A DNA stretch of 64,000 bases from Giardia intestinalis. Lineage: Eukaryota. Each line of letters opens with the position of its first letter. Positions within the stretch are counted from its first letter, which is position 1. Of the stretch, positions 1-7,636 are shown in pieces. The notes beneath the pieces are model-generated. The model saw nothing but the letters and a program-made list of their open reading frames with translations, ran no database searches and was not told the DNA's origin. Made by a program: the position numbers and the translations under genes. Location: assembly GCA_000002435.2 (NCBI GenBank), contig CM018793.1. The stretch is one strand, 5' to 3'.

Positions 1-2294
1 TTTGCGTTTACGGGGAAATCACTTAGGATCTTCTCTATTGTCAAAATAAAGTATTTTTCAAACAAGGCACAGGCCCAATTACACGCACGGTCTATAATGT
101 TGACACAATGGGGCAGCTTCATACAAATGGTTTGCAATTGGAGAAGACGAGCCTCTATTGTATCTTTATTTTTGAGAAGGTTATCGACGAATGGCTGAAG
201 CCCCTCAGTCTTCAATTTGGCAAAGTCTGCACAACCCTGCTCAAATACGCCCTTGAACTCTGAAGTGGCGTAAACTATGCAATGAACAATCGTATTGGGG
301 AAGTTATGGATAGTGCAGGCAGGATCATCGCTGGTCTCTGGATCCCGTTGGCTGCCATACGTCTCGGTCAGCCACGGGACTATCACTTGCATATTTGCCT
401 TTTGCCCTAGCGTTCCTGACTCCAGAAGAGCCGTGCGATAAAGGCAGCACCTTCCGTCAACGTACATCCTTGTCGGGACATTATCTAAGGCATTAACAAT
501 AACGGTCTTACTTAGCCAGAACTCACTATTCAAAACATCCTCTGTCTCCTCCCCGACCCTGAGACAGCGTGCATTGATGTTTAGCTCCGGGTTCATGAGC
601 TTCACATTGGCTGCCGCCACCTCTGCTTTCATTTTACCAATATCTTTCTCTCTGAACAGAAATTGGCGAGACAGATTAGAGTTTTCTATGTTATCTAGGT
701 CTGTAAGCTCAAGCAATGATTGTGTATCGGTTGCTGCGCCGATAAGTGCAAACTGCTTGAGAAGCTCGCATCCTAGTGCACCTGCCCCTATGACAAAAAG
801 TGATGCACGCGAAATTAAGTCCTGGAGCCGATTGCCAAAAAGCATGCGCTGGCCTTCATATCTATCTGCAGGTCGGAAAATGTCTTTAGATAAGTTAAAG
901 CCCCCGTTGAGAGGGTGAAATGGAGAGTCTTTGGGTGGAAGTGCTTCGAAGCACTCATAATAATAGAACTGGTGGATAGGAGTGTACTTACCAGAAACAC
1001 ACTTAAGCGCTTCCTGAGCACCCCAGCCACCCATGAAAGAAACAAGTGGGGAAATCTGCCCGTTATACGTCATTAAGAATGTCTCTAAGAGAGATCTGTT
1101 ATCATTATTTGTCAGGTGTGGAAGGCACATCTCCAGCAGAGACCGTGAACCCTTGTACTCGATACAGAAGGCAATTAACCCATCGAGATTGGTGCGGGCC
1201 AACTCGCTATTCCAGACGGTCTCTGGAGCAAGCAGAGCCGATGCAGAAGTGTGCCCCACAGAGGCTGCCTCTGTAATCACACTGTAAATGGAATGCAATA
1301 CATCTGAACGGCCAAGTTTTGAAAAGTCAACCATAAGGTCGCTATACTGTGGGGTTCTGGCTGCCTCTGAGTAGGGTAAAAAGGGCATATCAAGTGGTTC
1401 CTTAACTCGTTTCACGTATCCACCTCGCAAATGAAGGGCCTCAAAGCCTTTCTGCTTAAGCTCCGAAAGGAAAGAGCAGATTGCTGCGCCAATAGATGAA
1501 TTGCATGGGACCGCTTCAAAGCGAGAATGCCCTGTGATACTTATGGTCCATATCTGCTGATTAACAAGCTTCTCAAGACGCTCCATAGAAACAGTAGGTT
1601 GTTGAGCTCCGCTTCCATCAACTGCGACGAATTTCAAATCTCGAATCAGGACTGTATAACCATCTGATAAGTCGTGGATCTTCGACGTAGAAAAGAAAAA
1701 GCGCCAGTCACGCATGCCATTGTTACATACATGAGAAGAGGTCGCCTCAATGATGCAGCTGCTCAATGTGATATCCTCACAACGCTCGCCATCAATGTCT
1801 AGGATAGTGTGGCGGGCAAGGAAGTCACAAAATAGGCGGCCAGATAGGCCGTTGGTCGTGCACATGATATAAGGTATCCCCTCTGCGTGGCACACGTCCC
1901 CAACGTGTCCAAGCGGAAGATTTGGGAGACAGCAGGTTTGGATGACAACTTTGGAGGGCTGAATGAGCTCCTTGACGGACGAAAAGGACGGATTGTCAAC
2001 CACCTCAACCGTGCAGAGCGGGTTCAGCTGCTGGATGTGTGACGCTATTGTCTTGTCTCTTGGAGCGCCTGACTCGGCATCTTCAAGACGAAGGAATGGG
2101 CTTGAGGAAAGGTCACGGTATGATGTTGACGTAGGGTCAAAAATCCTAATAGCGGAAACCCCTGTCAACGCCAGGTTTTTGGCAATCTCCTGGGCAAGGC
2201 CGTCTGCACCAATAATCAAAAACTCAGCCTGCTGCATCCTGTGCAGAGCGTCAGAACCAAAGACATACTCCGTGCGAGAATAGTCTCGATTCAT
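1..2294 (-). CDS. UBA1: Ubiquitin-activating enzyme E1 (UBA1-like), 5' portion; gene continues beyond window start
   Basis: Minus-strand translation from ATG ~2294 reads continuously to position 1. It begins MNRDYSRTEYVFGSDALHRMQQAEFLIIGADGLAQEIAKNLALTGVSAIRIFDP (inactive first adenylation fold), then GLSGRLFCDFL, then the active ThiF fold RYEGQRMLFGNRLQDLISRASLFVIGAGALGCELLKQFALIGAA...DLDNIENSNLSRQFLFREKDIGKMKAEVAAA, and the catalytic Cys motif PACTIHNFPNTIVHCI. These are colinear with eukaryotic UBA1. It is absent from the ORF track because the ORF is not stop-terminated inside the window. Confidence 0.85.
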   Translation of the reverse strand, partial: MNRDYSRTEYVFGSDALHRMQQAEFLIIGADGLAQEIAKNLALTGVSAIRIFDPTSTSYRDLSSSPFLRLEDAESGAPRDKTIASHIQQLNPLCTVEVVDNPSFSSVKELIQPSKVVIQTCCLPNLPLGHVGDVCHAEGIPYIMCTTNGLSGRLFCDFLARHTILDIDGERCEDITLSSCIIEATSSHVCNNGMRDWRFFFSTSKIHDLSDGYTVLIRDLKFVAVDGSGAQQPTVSMERLEKLVNQQIWTISITGHSRFEAVPCNSSIGAAICSFLSELKQKGFEALHLRGGYVKRVKEPLDMPFLPYSEAARTPQYSDLMVDFSKLGRSDVLHSIYSVITEAASVGHTSASALLAPETVWNSELARTNLDGLIAFCIEYKGSRSLLEMCLPHLTNNDNRSLLETFLMTYNGQISPLVSFMGGWGAQEALKCVSGKYTPIHQFYYYECFEALPPKDSPFHPLNGGFNLSKDIFRPADRYEGQRMLFGNRLQDLISRASLFVIGAGALGCELLKQFALIGAATDTQSLLELTDLDNIENSNLSRQFLFREKDIGKMKAEVAAANVKLMNPELNINARCLRVGEETEDVLNSEFWLSKTVIVNALDNVPTRMYVDGRCCLYRTALLESGTLGQKANMQVIVPWLTETYGSQRDPETSDDPACTIHNFPNTIVHCIVYATSEFKGVFEQGCADFAKLKTEGLQPFVDNLLKNKDTIEARLLQLQTICMKLPHCVNIIDRACNWACALFEKYFILTIEKILSDFPVNA

Positions 2295-2532
2295 AATTTT
2301 TTAATCTACCATTTCAGATGACGTCTTCTACTGTCAGTACTGAAAAGGTCATCCTTATGGCGGTGCACAGGTAGCAGCAGGTCTGCCTCGTAGAGAGCTA
2401 AGTGGTTATTCTACATAGCAAGCATTCCTGACTTACGTACTCCTTCTAGCAAAGGCAGCTCTGATGACCTGGAGCTTACCAAGCAGTAAGATGAGTGGAG
2501 ACTTCGTAGCTGTAGTCACACATAATTTAAAA

Positions 2533-3900
2533 ATGAAGATCAGTTTGCACATTTATGACCTGTCGCAAGGGATTGCCAAGACCGTGAGCCCCATGCTGCT
2601 GGGGCAGACAATAGAAGCCGTTTATCACACTGGTGTCGTCGTGGCTGGAACGGAGTACTACTACGGTGCTGGTATCCAGTCTGAGCCAGCGGGGCAAACA
2701 CACTTCGGAGTGCCTCTTCAGCAGATGGAGATGGGCGAGACTACTAAGACACAGGACGAGATACGCGCCTTTTTGAACAGTGTCCAGTCCCGCTATACTG
2801 AGTCTGCTTACAATCTAATTGAACACAATTGTAACCATTTCAGCGATGAATTTCTGCAATTTCTCTGTGATAAGAAGGTTCCTGAGCACATCGTACATCA
2901 AGGTGCGGCGTTTTTGCAAACTCCTCTGGGACGTATGGTTGCCCCTATGCTCCAGAGCAGTGCCTTGGGCATCCCAGGTGCCTCTCTACCCAATCCTGGT
3001 TCTACCCGTATATCTCCAAGCCCTCCAACAAAAGCAGGCTCTATTACAATTGAGAAGCCCCTCTTTTTCGTCCCCAAAGAGTCCGATCTTGCAGCCTCTC
3101 AGGACTGCATTATCGCAAAATACGGAGAAAAGGGTCAGCTAAGTGAAGGATCTGCCTTTCAAGCAGAGTTTTCTCGGTTGACACGCGCAGTTCTTGATAA
3201 AGCTCCTTGTGATGTTTCTCTTGGAGTTGTGAAAAGTGTGTGTGATGAGCTTTCCCAGGAGCTGAATAGCTCCACCGCACAAGACGAGCGCTTCATAAGA
3301 GCAGCACTTGACTATCTCTCCTGCGTTTGCTTATCTTCTGACCAGTCATCTATAACAGATTCATGTGTGCCTTTGCACCTCTTGGAGCTCCAAGACACTC
3401 TTCCTGGCAGCGTCCTAGAGTCGCTGTACCGCTATATTCATAACTGGTTCGTCCAACTGAGAGGAATGCATGACTTCCGAAATAATGCTGATCGCTATCT
3501 GGACTTCTTCATCATTAAGCTCGTCAGGTCTTCAGATTCGATGCAGAGGCTTTATGGCTACAGACTGCTATACACGGTAAGCCGCATCTTTACGAAGAAA
3601 ATGGCCATTGATGCTCAAACGTCACTCTGCGAACTTTTGATAAATGCCATCTTAGATGCTACGGCAAAGGCCGCAGCAGAAGGGCCAGACCGCAAGCCTA
3701 ATGTTCAGATTGCTAACCTTGCGTCAGGCGCGCTAGGAAGGCTGGTGCTCACGGCAGATGATAAGGCCTCTCCAAATGGCTGGTACTCCACCGCCCAAAA
3801 GGCTCTCGCCAACGCGGGGCTTCTATCCCTGAGGGCCCCCTGCTGCACAGACCTCCACGAGTACTTGCACGCAGACGAAGGCGACGCAGACCTCTTCTAG
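2533..3900 (+). CDS. PPPDE/DeSI-type (DUF862) cysteine peptidase domain protein with ~300-aa C-terminal extension
   Basis: N-terminal domain KISLHIYDL...VYHTGVVVAGTEYYYG...YNLIEHNCNHFSDEF carries the His and Cys signature of PPPDE/DeSI deSUMOylating/deubiquitinating peptidases. Start chosen at the ATG preceded by the AT-rich initiator cataatttaaaaATG. In-frame ATGs also occur at 2464 and 2491. Confidence 0.6.
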   Translation: MKISLHIYDLSQGIAKTVSPMLLGQTIEAVYHTGVVVAGTEYYYGAGIQSEPAGQTHFGVPLQQMEMGETTKTQDEIRAFLNSVQSRYTESAYNLIEHNCNHFSDEFLQFLCDKKVPEHIVHQGAAFLQTPLGRMVAPMLQSSALGIPGASLPNPGSTRISPSPPTKAGSITIEKPLFFVPKESDLAASQDCIIAKYGEKGQLSEGSAFQAEFSRLTRAVLDKAPCDVSLGVVKSVCDELSQELNSSTAQDERFIRAALDYLSCVCLSSDQSSITDSCVPLHLLELQDTLPGSVLESLYRYIHNWFVQLRGMHDFRNNADRYLDFFIIKLVRSSDSMQRLYGYRLLYTVSRIFTKKMAIDAQTSLCELLINAILDATAKAAAEGPDRKPNVQIANLASGALGRLVLTADDKASPNGWYSTAQKALANAGLLSLRAPCCTDLHEYLHADEGDADLF

Positions 3901-3921
3901 TGTAAATGCAGTTCGAGGAAT

Positions 3922-3928
3922 GTTTACT
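3922..3928 (-). terminator. Putative polyadenylation signal (AGTAAAC on minus strand) for the ribosomal protein S15 gene
   Basis: gtttact (reverse complement AGTAAAC, the Giardia AGTRAAY consensus) lies ~12 nt downstream of the RPS15 stop codon at 3940. Confidence 0.45.
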
Positions 3929-3939
3929 GGTGGGCGGGA

Positions 3940-4377
3940 CTAACGCAGCGGGACAAACTTCGACGAACGCGTGGCACCGATACCAACCTTTCCGTGAGAG
4001 ACAATCTTGTAAGACATCGAGTACTCGCGAAGGGCGCGTCCAACCATGGGCGGCTTGATCTCAACCGGGATAAACTGGCGTCCATTGTAGACGGAGACGG
4101 TCATCCCAATCATCTCTGGGAAGATGATCATGTCGCGGAGATGAGTCCTGACGATCTTCGGTTTCTGGGAGGGCTGTGCGGCGCGGCGGAGGCGCAACTT
4201 GTTCACAAAACGAAGGTGCTTCATAGAGAGCCCGTGCTTCCCTATGCGCCTCCTGCATCGCGCGTTAAGCTTGGGCAGAATGTCCGTGATCTTCATGGTG
4301 GCGAGCTTCTCCACCTCGACCCCTCGAAAGTTCGGCTGCGCAAGGCCCCTGCGACGCGTCTTAACCTGGTCTGTCAT
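3940..4377 (-). CDS. RPS15: 40S ribosomal protein S15 (uS19)
   Basis: MTDQVKTRRRGLAQPNFRGVEVEKL...KIVRTHLRDMIIFPEMIGMTVSVYNGRQFIPVEIKPPMVGRALREYSMSYKIVSHGKVGIGATRSSKFVPLR is colinear with eukaryotic S15. The track ORF starts at an upstream TTG, and the true ATG lies 11 codons in. Confidence 0.9.
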   Translation of the reverse strand: MTDQVKTRRRGLAQPNFRGVEVEKLATMKITDILPKLNARCRRRIGKHGLSMKHLRFVNKLRLRRAAQPSQKPKIVRTHLRDMIIFPEMIGMTVSVYNGRQFIPVEIKPPMVGRALREYSMSYKIVSHGKVGIGATRSSKFVPLR

Positions 4378-4437
4378 CGAGCCCTCCAGAAAAGAGATAC
4401 AGGAATTCAAATTAAATTGCTTTATTGTATAGAGGCC

Positions 4438-5664
4438 TCAGAAACCAAGGTCGGCAAAGGCCTGTTCTACGTCCGGACAAGCCTCTTCCATGGCAGCAGC
4501 GCATACAGAGGTGTCATTCTGCGCCTGCAGCTCCGGGTAACAGTATCCTAGGTCATCGTGGGAAGTCTCTTCAACATACTGCTTGTAACCCCAATCAAAC
4601 GAGGCCAGCAGGCCTTGGTACAACTCGTAGGCAAGCTTTGTACGATCAGAAGCATCCCCATTAAAGGTCAAGCACCGTTGCCACAAGGATTTCGCGTGCT
4701 CAGCGAAGATGCCCCGTGTTCTATAGAAGAAACTTCGGCACTTGTCTATCATGATCTGTAGGTCGTTGTGTACTATGTTTGGCGCCCACTCTGTTGCCGG
4801 AGGGGGCTCCAGAAAGGGGAGAGCATATGCCTTGCCTGCCTCGACGACAACAGCATACAATGCAGCGCTGTTACACCGCTGGATCTCTTCGCGGGTGCTT
4901 ATGCTTTCTTCAATGGTCTGATAAACCTCTTGCGGGTCTTTCTTTATAAGCTCTACAACTTGCCGGAACGAAGTGACATTCTTTACTAGATCTTCTACAG
5001 AAACGTATCCCTTGCCTTTTAGTGCCTCGGGAAATGCGCTAGGAGCCACACCTATCCGCTTCAGAGTCAGTTCTCGCTGTCGCCGGAGGCGTTGCATAAC
5101 CTTAGTATAATCAATGTTTCTATAAAGAGGGCATTGCACGAAGATTGCTTGGTCATAATGCTTAACTCTACCGTACCAGATGGCTTCCGGCATCGTGATG
5201 TTCTTTGAGAAACCTTGTTTATAAAAGTACTCCAGAGCAGCGTTGTCTGCATAGGTAACAATGTCCGTGTACCCACGCTTCTTTATATTCTCCTTGAGGT
5301 AATTCATAATGCAGTGCCCGAGGCCGGAGTACTGCCGCGTGATCGAAACCGCACAGAAGGCTATTTCTGCGATGCGCACGTCTGGAAACGTCCTGTAGCA
5401 TATGGCAGCGACCAGTGGTGACGTGCCGGGGTCGTGGGGATACTGTAGAAGGCATGCCGTTTCGTGGCTAGTGTTGAAGACGAGTCTGGTTATGTAGTCC
5501 CGAGGCATACGCGGCAGAGCAGTGCAGAAGAGCTCCTTGGCCATGAGGAGGTGCAGGAGCAGCTTGGGGTCGTGCGGGTCTATCGTGGGGTCATAGAGGT
5601 TAAGGCTCACTACTTTAAAATACAAGTCCCTCCGCTTCTGTGGGGAGGAAGCACCGTCTGACAT
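4438..5664 (-). CDS. GCN5: GCN5-type histone acetyltransferase (KAT2 family) with degenerate C-terminal bromodomain-like region
   Basis: HAT core motifs AEIAFCAVSITRQYSGLGHCIMNYLKE...YADNAALEYFYKQGFSK...YGRVKHYDQAIFVQC. The C-terminal region ...ALYAVVVEAGKAYALPFLEPP...DLQIMIDKC... resembles a bromodomain. Confidence 0.8.
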   Translation of the reverse strand: MSDGASSPQKRRDLYFKVVSLNLYDPTIDPHDPKLLLHLLMAKELFCTALPRMPRDYITRLVFNTSHETACLLQYPHDPGTSPLVAAICYRTFPDVRIAEIAFCAVSITRQYSGLGHCIMNYLKENIKKRGYTDIVTYADNAALEYFYKQGFSKNITMPEAIWYGRVKHYDQAIFVQCPLYRNIDYTKVMQRLRRQRELTLKRIGVAPSAFPEALKGKGYVSVEDLVKNVTSFRQVVELIKKDPQEVYQTIEESISTREEIQRCNSAALYAVVVEAGKAYALPFLEPPPATEWAPNIVHNDLQIMIDKCRSFFYRTRGIFAEHAKSLWQRCLTFNGDASDRTKLAYELYQGLLASFDWGYKQYVEETSHDDLGYCYPELQAQNDTSVCAAAMEEACPDVEQAFADLGF

Positions 5665-5718
5665 GTTGTTTTTTGGTTAACTGGCAAAGGAGATCTGCAG
5701 GGCATATCTGGCCTTTAC

Positions 5719-6192
5719 TTAGATAGGGAAATACCTAACGCGCAACAGGGTAAGGCCTGCAGCGACTAAGGAAATAGCAATAAATACTGACATTCCCACT
5801 GGGATAGCTATGGCAATCTCCACCGACCCCGTCAGTTCAGCCAGCAGAAGAAGCAAGCCCAGGAAGAGCAAGATGCACACACCAAATTGGGGGAAGATTA
5901 TTCCTATCAAGGTAACAACCCACGGTCTACAATTGGGTATCCACTTCATTGGGCGTACTTTTCTGTACATGTGGATTAGGGTAACTGCGTCGGAGATAGT
6001 TCCTATTGCCATAACTCCTACTATTACGAACAAGCAGTATATGATCCCGTATCCAGAGAGTCCATGGTCAACGTTCTGCGATAGAACAATTGAGGTTACA
6101 CACAGAGTCACCAGTTCAAATAAACCCAAGTGCGTTGTCATTAGTTGCTTTTCGATCTTGTGAAGGCGTTGATAAATCCACTGTTCGTGCAT
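5719..6192 (-). CDS. Small multi-pass membrane protein (about 4 predicted TM helices), function unknown
   Basis: 157-aa ORF with an ATG start. Four long hydrophobic stretches (LGLFELVTLCVTSIVL, GIIYCLFVIVGVMAIGTI, WVVTLIGIIFPQFGVCILLFLGLLLLLA, IAIAIPVGMSVFIAISLVAAGLTLL). Compact spacing to both neighbours. Confidence 0.35.
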   Translation of the reverse strand: MHEQWIYQRLHKIEKQLMTTHLGLFELVTLCVTSIVLSQNVDHGLSGYGIIYCLFVIVGVMAIGTISDAVTLIHMYRKVRPMKWIPNCRPWVVTLIGIIFPQFGVCILLFLGLLLLLAELTGSVEIAIAIPVGMSVFIAISLVAAGLTLLRVRYFPI

Positions 6193-6239
6193 GGTTATCG
6201 TACAAATTTAAGAGCATATGTTTACAGTGATGTTAGCCT

Positions 6240-7316
6240 TTAGCCTTGCTCGACAAAGATCGTTTCGCGTTCTAGGATAGCAATATCGTTTTCTAAATCG
6301 GCAAGCCTTTGCTCCAGCCACATCTTCCTGTTCTGCTGCCCAAAGGTTTCCTGAACCACTTTGAGCTGCGTGGTATACTCTTCGTTCAGCAACTTCCAGT
6401 TCGCCTTGATGCCTGCTAAAAGCTGCTCCTTCTCGACTGGATCGAGCATATAAGCCATCTTTTGTACCCCGCCCTTGTACCTCTCCTCTATCTTTTGGAT
6501 TGTTTCCTGCTCTGCAGCAACCTGCTTCTTAATTTTAGCCAGGTACTTTGGCGTCTGACCATACCCTTCTTTCTCTGTCCAGTCCATGTCGGCTTTATCA
6601 GTTGGAGGGGGCACCATTACGGTTGCGTTAATAATATTGGCCCTTACGAAGTTCTTGTTGGACCGCAACCCAGTTATTGGTACTGATTGTCCATCTGGCG
6701 CTATCGCTCTTTCGTTCTTCGTGTACTTGTCATTCACCTTGGGCTCAAGTGGCCCCTCGCATGAGTCCATACATCCCCTTCTACCGCATGTATCCGGTCC
6801 CACGTCGCCAGCACTGCATGTGCCCCCCACCAAGCAGTGGCACGGAGAGTCTCCTGTACACTGACAAGCACCCCCGTTCTGACAATTGCAATTGCCTCCA
6901 CACTCACAGCTGTGGCCGTGAGCGTTTGCTGGGCTTGCATCGTTGGCCCCATCATTTATGTTGTCTATAGACGAAGTGGGGCCAGCTCCTATACGCCCAG
7001 CTTTATAGTAGTGTTGACGATAGACAGCGGGTTTGCGGGGAAGAGGGTCGTGCTCGTCGTAATCCCAACGCTTTGGTTGAGGAAGCGGAGGATTACCCGA
7101 TCCCTTTTTAAGCCAATTAGTATGGTCTGCTGGGTTAACCTTCGCAGGACCCAGGGTTTTATGCATATGCTTCGGGACTGTGCAGTATTCCTTTGGAAAT
7201 CCAGACTGATAGAGGCGTTTCTTAGGCATAGCCGCGCACGCATCAGCGGCTGAAGGCATGTACGCCTCTATTTCCAAGCGCTGGTCTGTGTTCGCTAGGT
7301 TATAGATGGACTCCAT
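6240..7316 (-). CDS. Enkurin-domain protein (flagellar/ciliary) with internal Cys/Gly-rich metallothionein-like segment
   Basis: The C-terminus ...TPKYLAKIKKQVAAEQETIQKIEERYKGGVQKMAYMLDPVEKEQLLAGIKANWKLLNEEYTTQLKVVQETFGQQNRKMWLEQRLADLENDIAILERETIFV matches the enkurin domain pattern. The start was moved from the track's 7481 to the in-frame ATG at 7316 (MESIYNL), which is preceded by caaaattcaaaaaATG. The longer ORF would overlap the divergent BolA gene. Confidence 0.55.
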   Translation of the reverse strand: MESIYNLANTDQRLEIEAYMPSAADACAAMPKKRLYQSGFPKEYCTVPKHMHKTLGPAKVNPADHTNWLKKGSGNPPLPQPKRWDYDEHDPLPRKPAVYRQHYYKAGRIGAGPTSSIDNINDGANDASPANAHGHSCECGGNCNCQNGGACQCTGDSPCHCLVGGTCSAGDVGPDTCGRRGCMDSCEGPLEPKVNDKYTKNERAIAPDGQSVPITGLRSNKNFVRANIINATVMVPPPTDKADMDWTEKEGYGQTPKYLAKIKKQVAAEQETIQKIEERYKGGVQKMAYMLDPVEKEQLLAGIKANWKLLNEEYTTQLKVVQETFGQQNRKMWLEQRLADLENDIAILERETIFVEQG

Positions 7317-7343
7317 TTTTTGAATTTTGAGGCGCGAAATAAA
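7317..7343. promoter_or_regulatory. About 27-bp AT-rich bidirectional initiator region between divergent enkurin-like and BolA genes
   Basis: The sequence ...ccattttttgaattttgaggcgcgaaataaaATG... has AT-rich tracts immediately 5' of both start codons, the typical Giardia promoter/initiator architecture. Confidence 0.5.
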
Positions 7344-7619
7344 ATGTCTCTGTCTGCTGTGGAGAAGCACAACACGACCCTTAGCACCATTCGGGAGCGT
7401 CTGAAAAACGTTTTTCCAGACGCCAAACTTATCAAAGTTATCGACAATACGCCCCCGCAAAGTGTTGGTAAGGGAGCTCATGTCACTTTACAGATCAGCT
7501 CTCCCGACTTCAAAGGCCTGACTCTTATTCGACGCCATAGACTGGTTAGTGCGGTAGTTGATGATCTCGTTGAGTCTAATAGAATTCATGCGATATCTTA
7601 CCTGCTTGAGGATAAATGA
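7344..7619 (+). CDS. BolA-like protein
   Basis: MSLSAVEKHNTTLSTIRERLKNVFPDAKLIKVIDNTPPQSVGKGAHVTLQISSPDFKGLTLIRRHRLVSAVVDDLVES has the BolA fold signature (helix-turn-helix, ...HxLxIxS..F.G...RH). 91 aa. Start is at the ATG following aaataaaATG. Confidence 0.75.
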   Translation: MSLSAVEKHNTTLSTIRERLKNVFPDAKLIKVIDNTPPQSVGKGAHVTLQISSPDFKGLTLIRRHRLVSAVVDDLVESNRIHAISYLLEDK

Positions 7620-7636
7620 CGGAAGCTACAATGCTT

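Noticed and set aside
2464-2532. Upstream in-frame ATGs (2464, 2491) extending the PPPDE protein by 23 aa
   Set aside because: The ATG at 2533 has the strong AT-rich initiator (cataatttaaaaATG), and PPPDE domains normally begin right at the conserved beta-strand (KISLHIYDL). The longer forms are kept only as alternatives.
3994-4551. 185-aa + strand ORF overlapping RPS15 and the GCN5 3' end in antisense
   Set aside because: It overlaps two well-supported minus-strand genes and has no homology signal.
6240-7481. Track ORF extending the enkurin-like protein 55 aa upstream to 7481
   Set aside because: The extension runs antisense through the BolA start codon and coding region. The in-frame ATG at 7316 is preceded by a canonical A/T initiator and gives a divergent-promoter arrangement.
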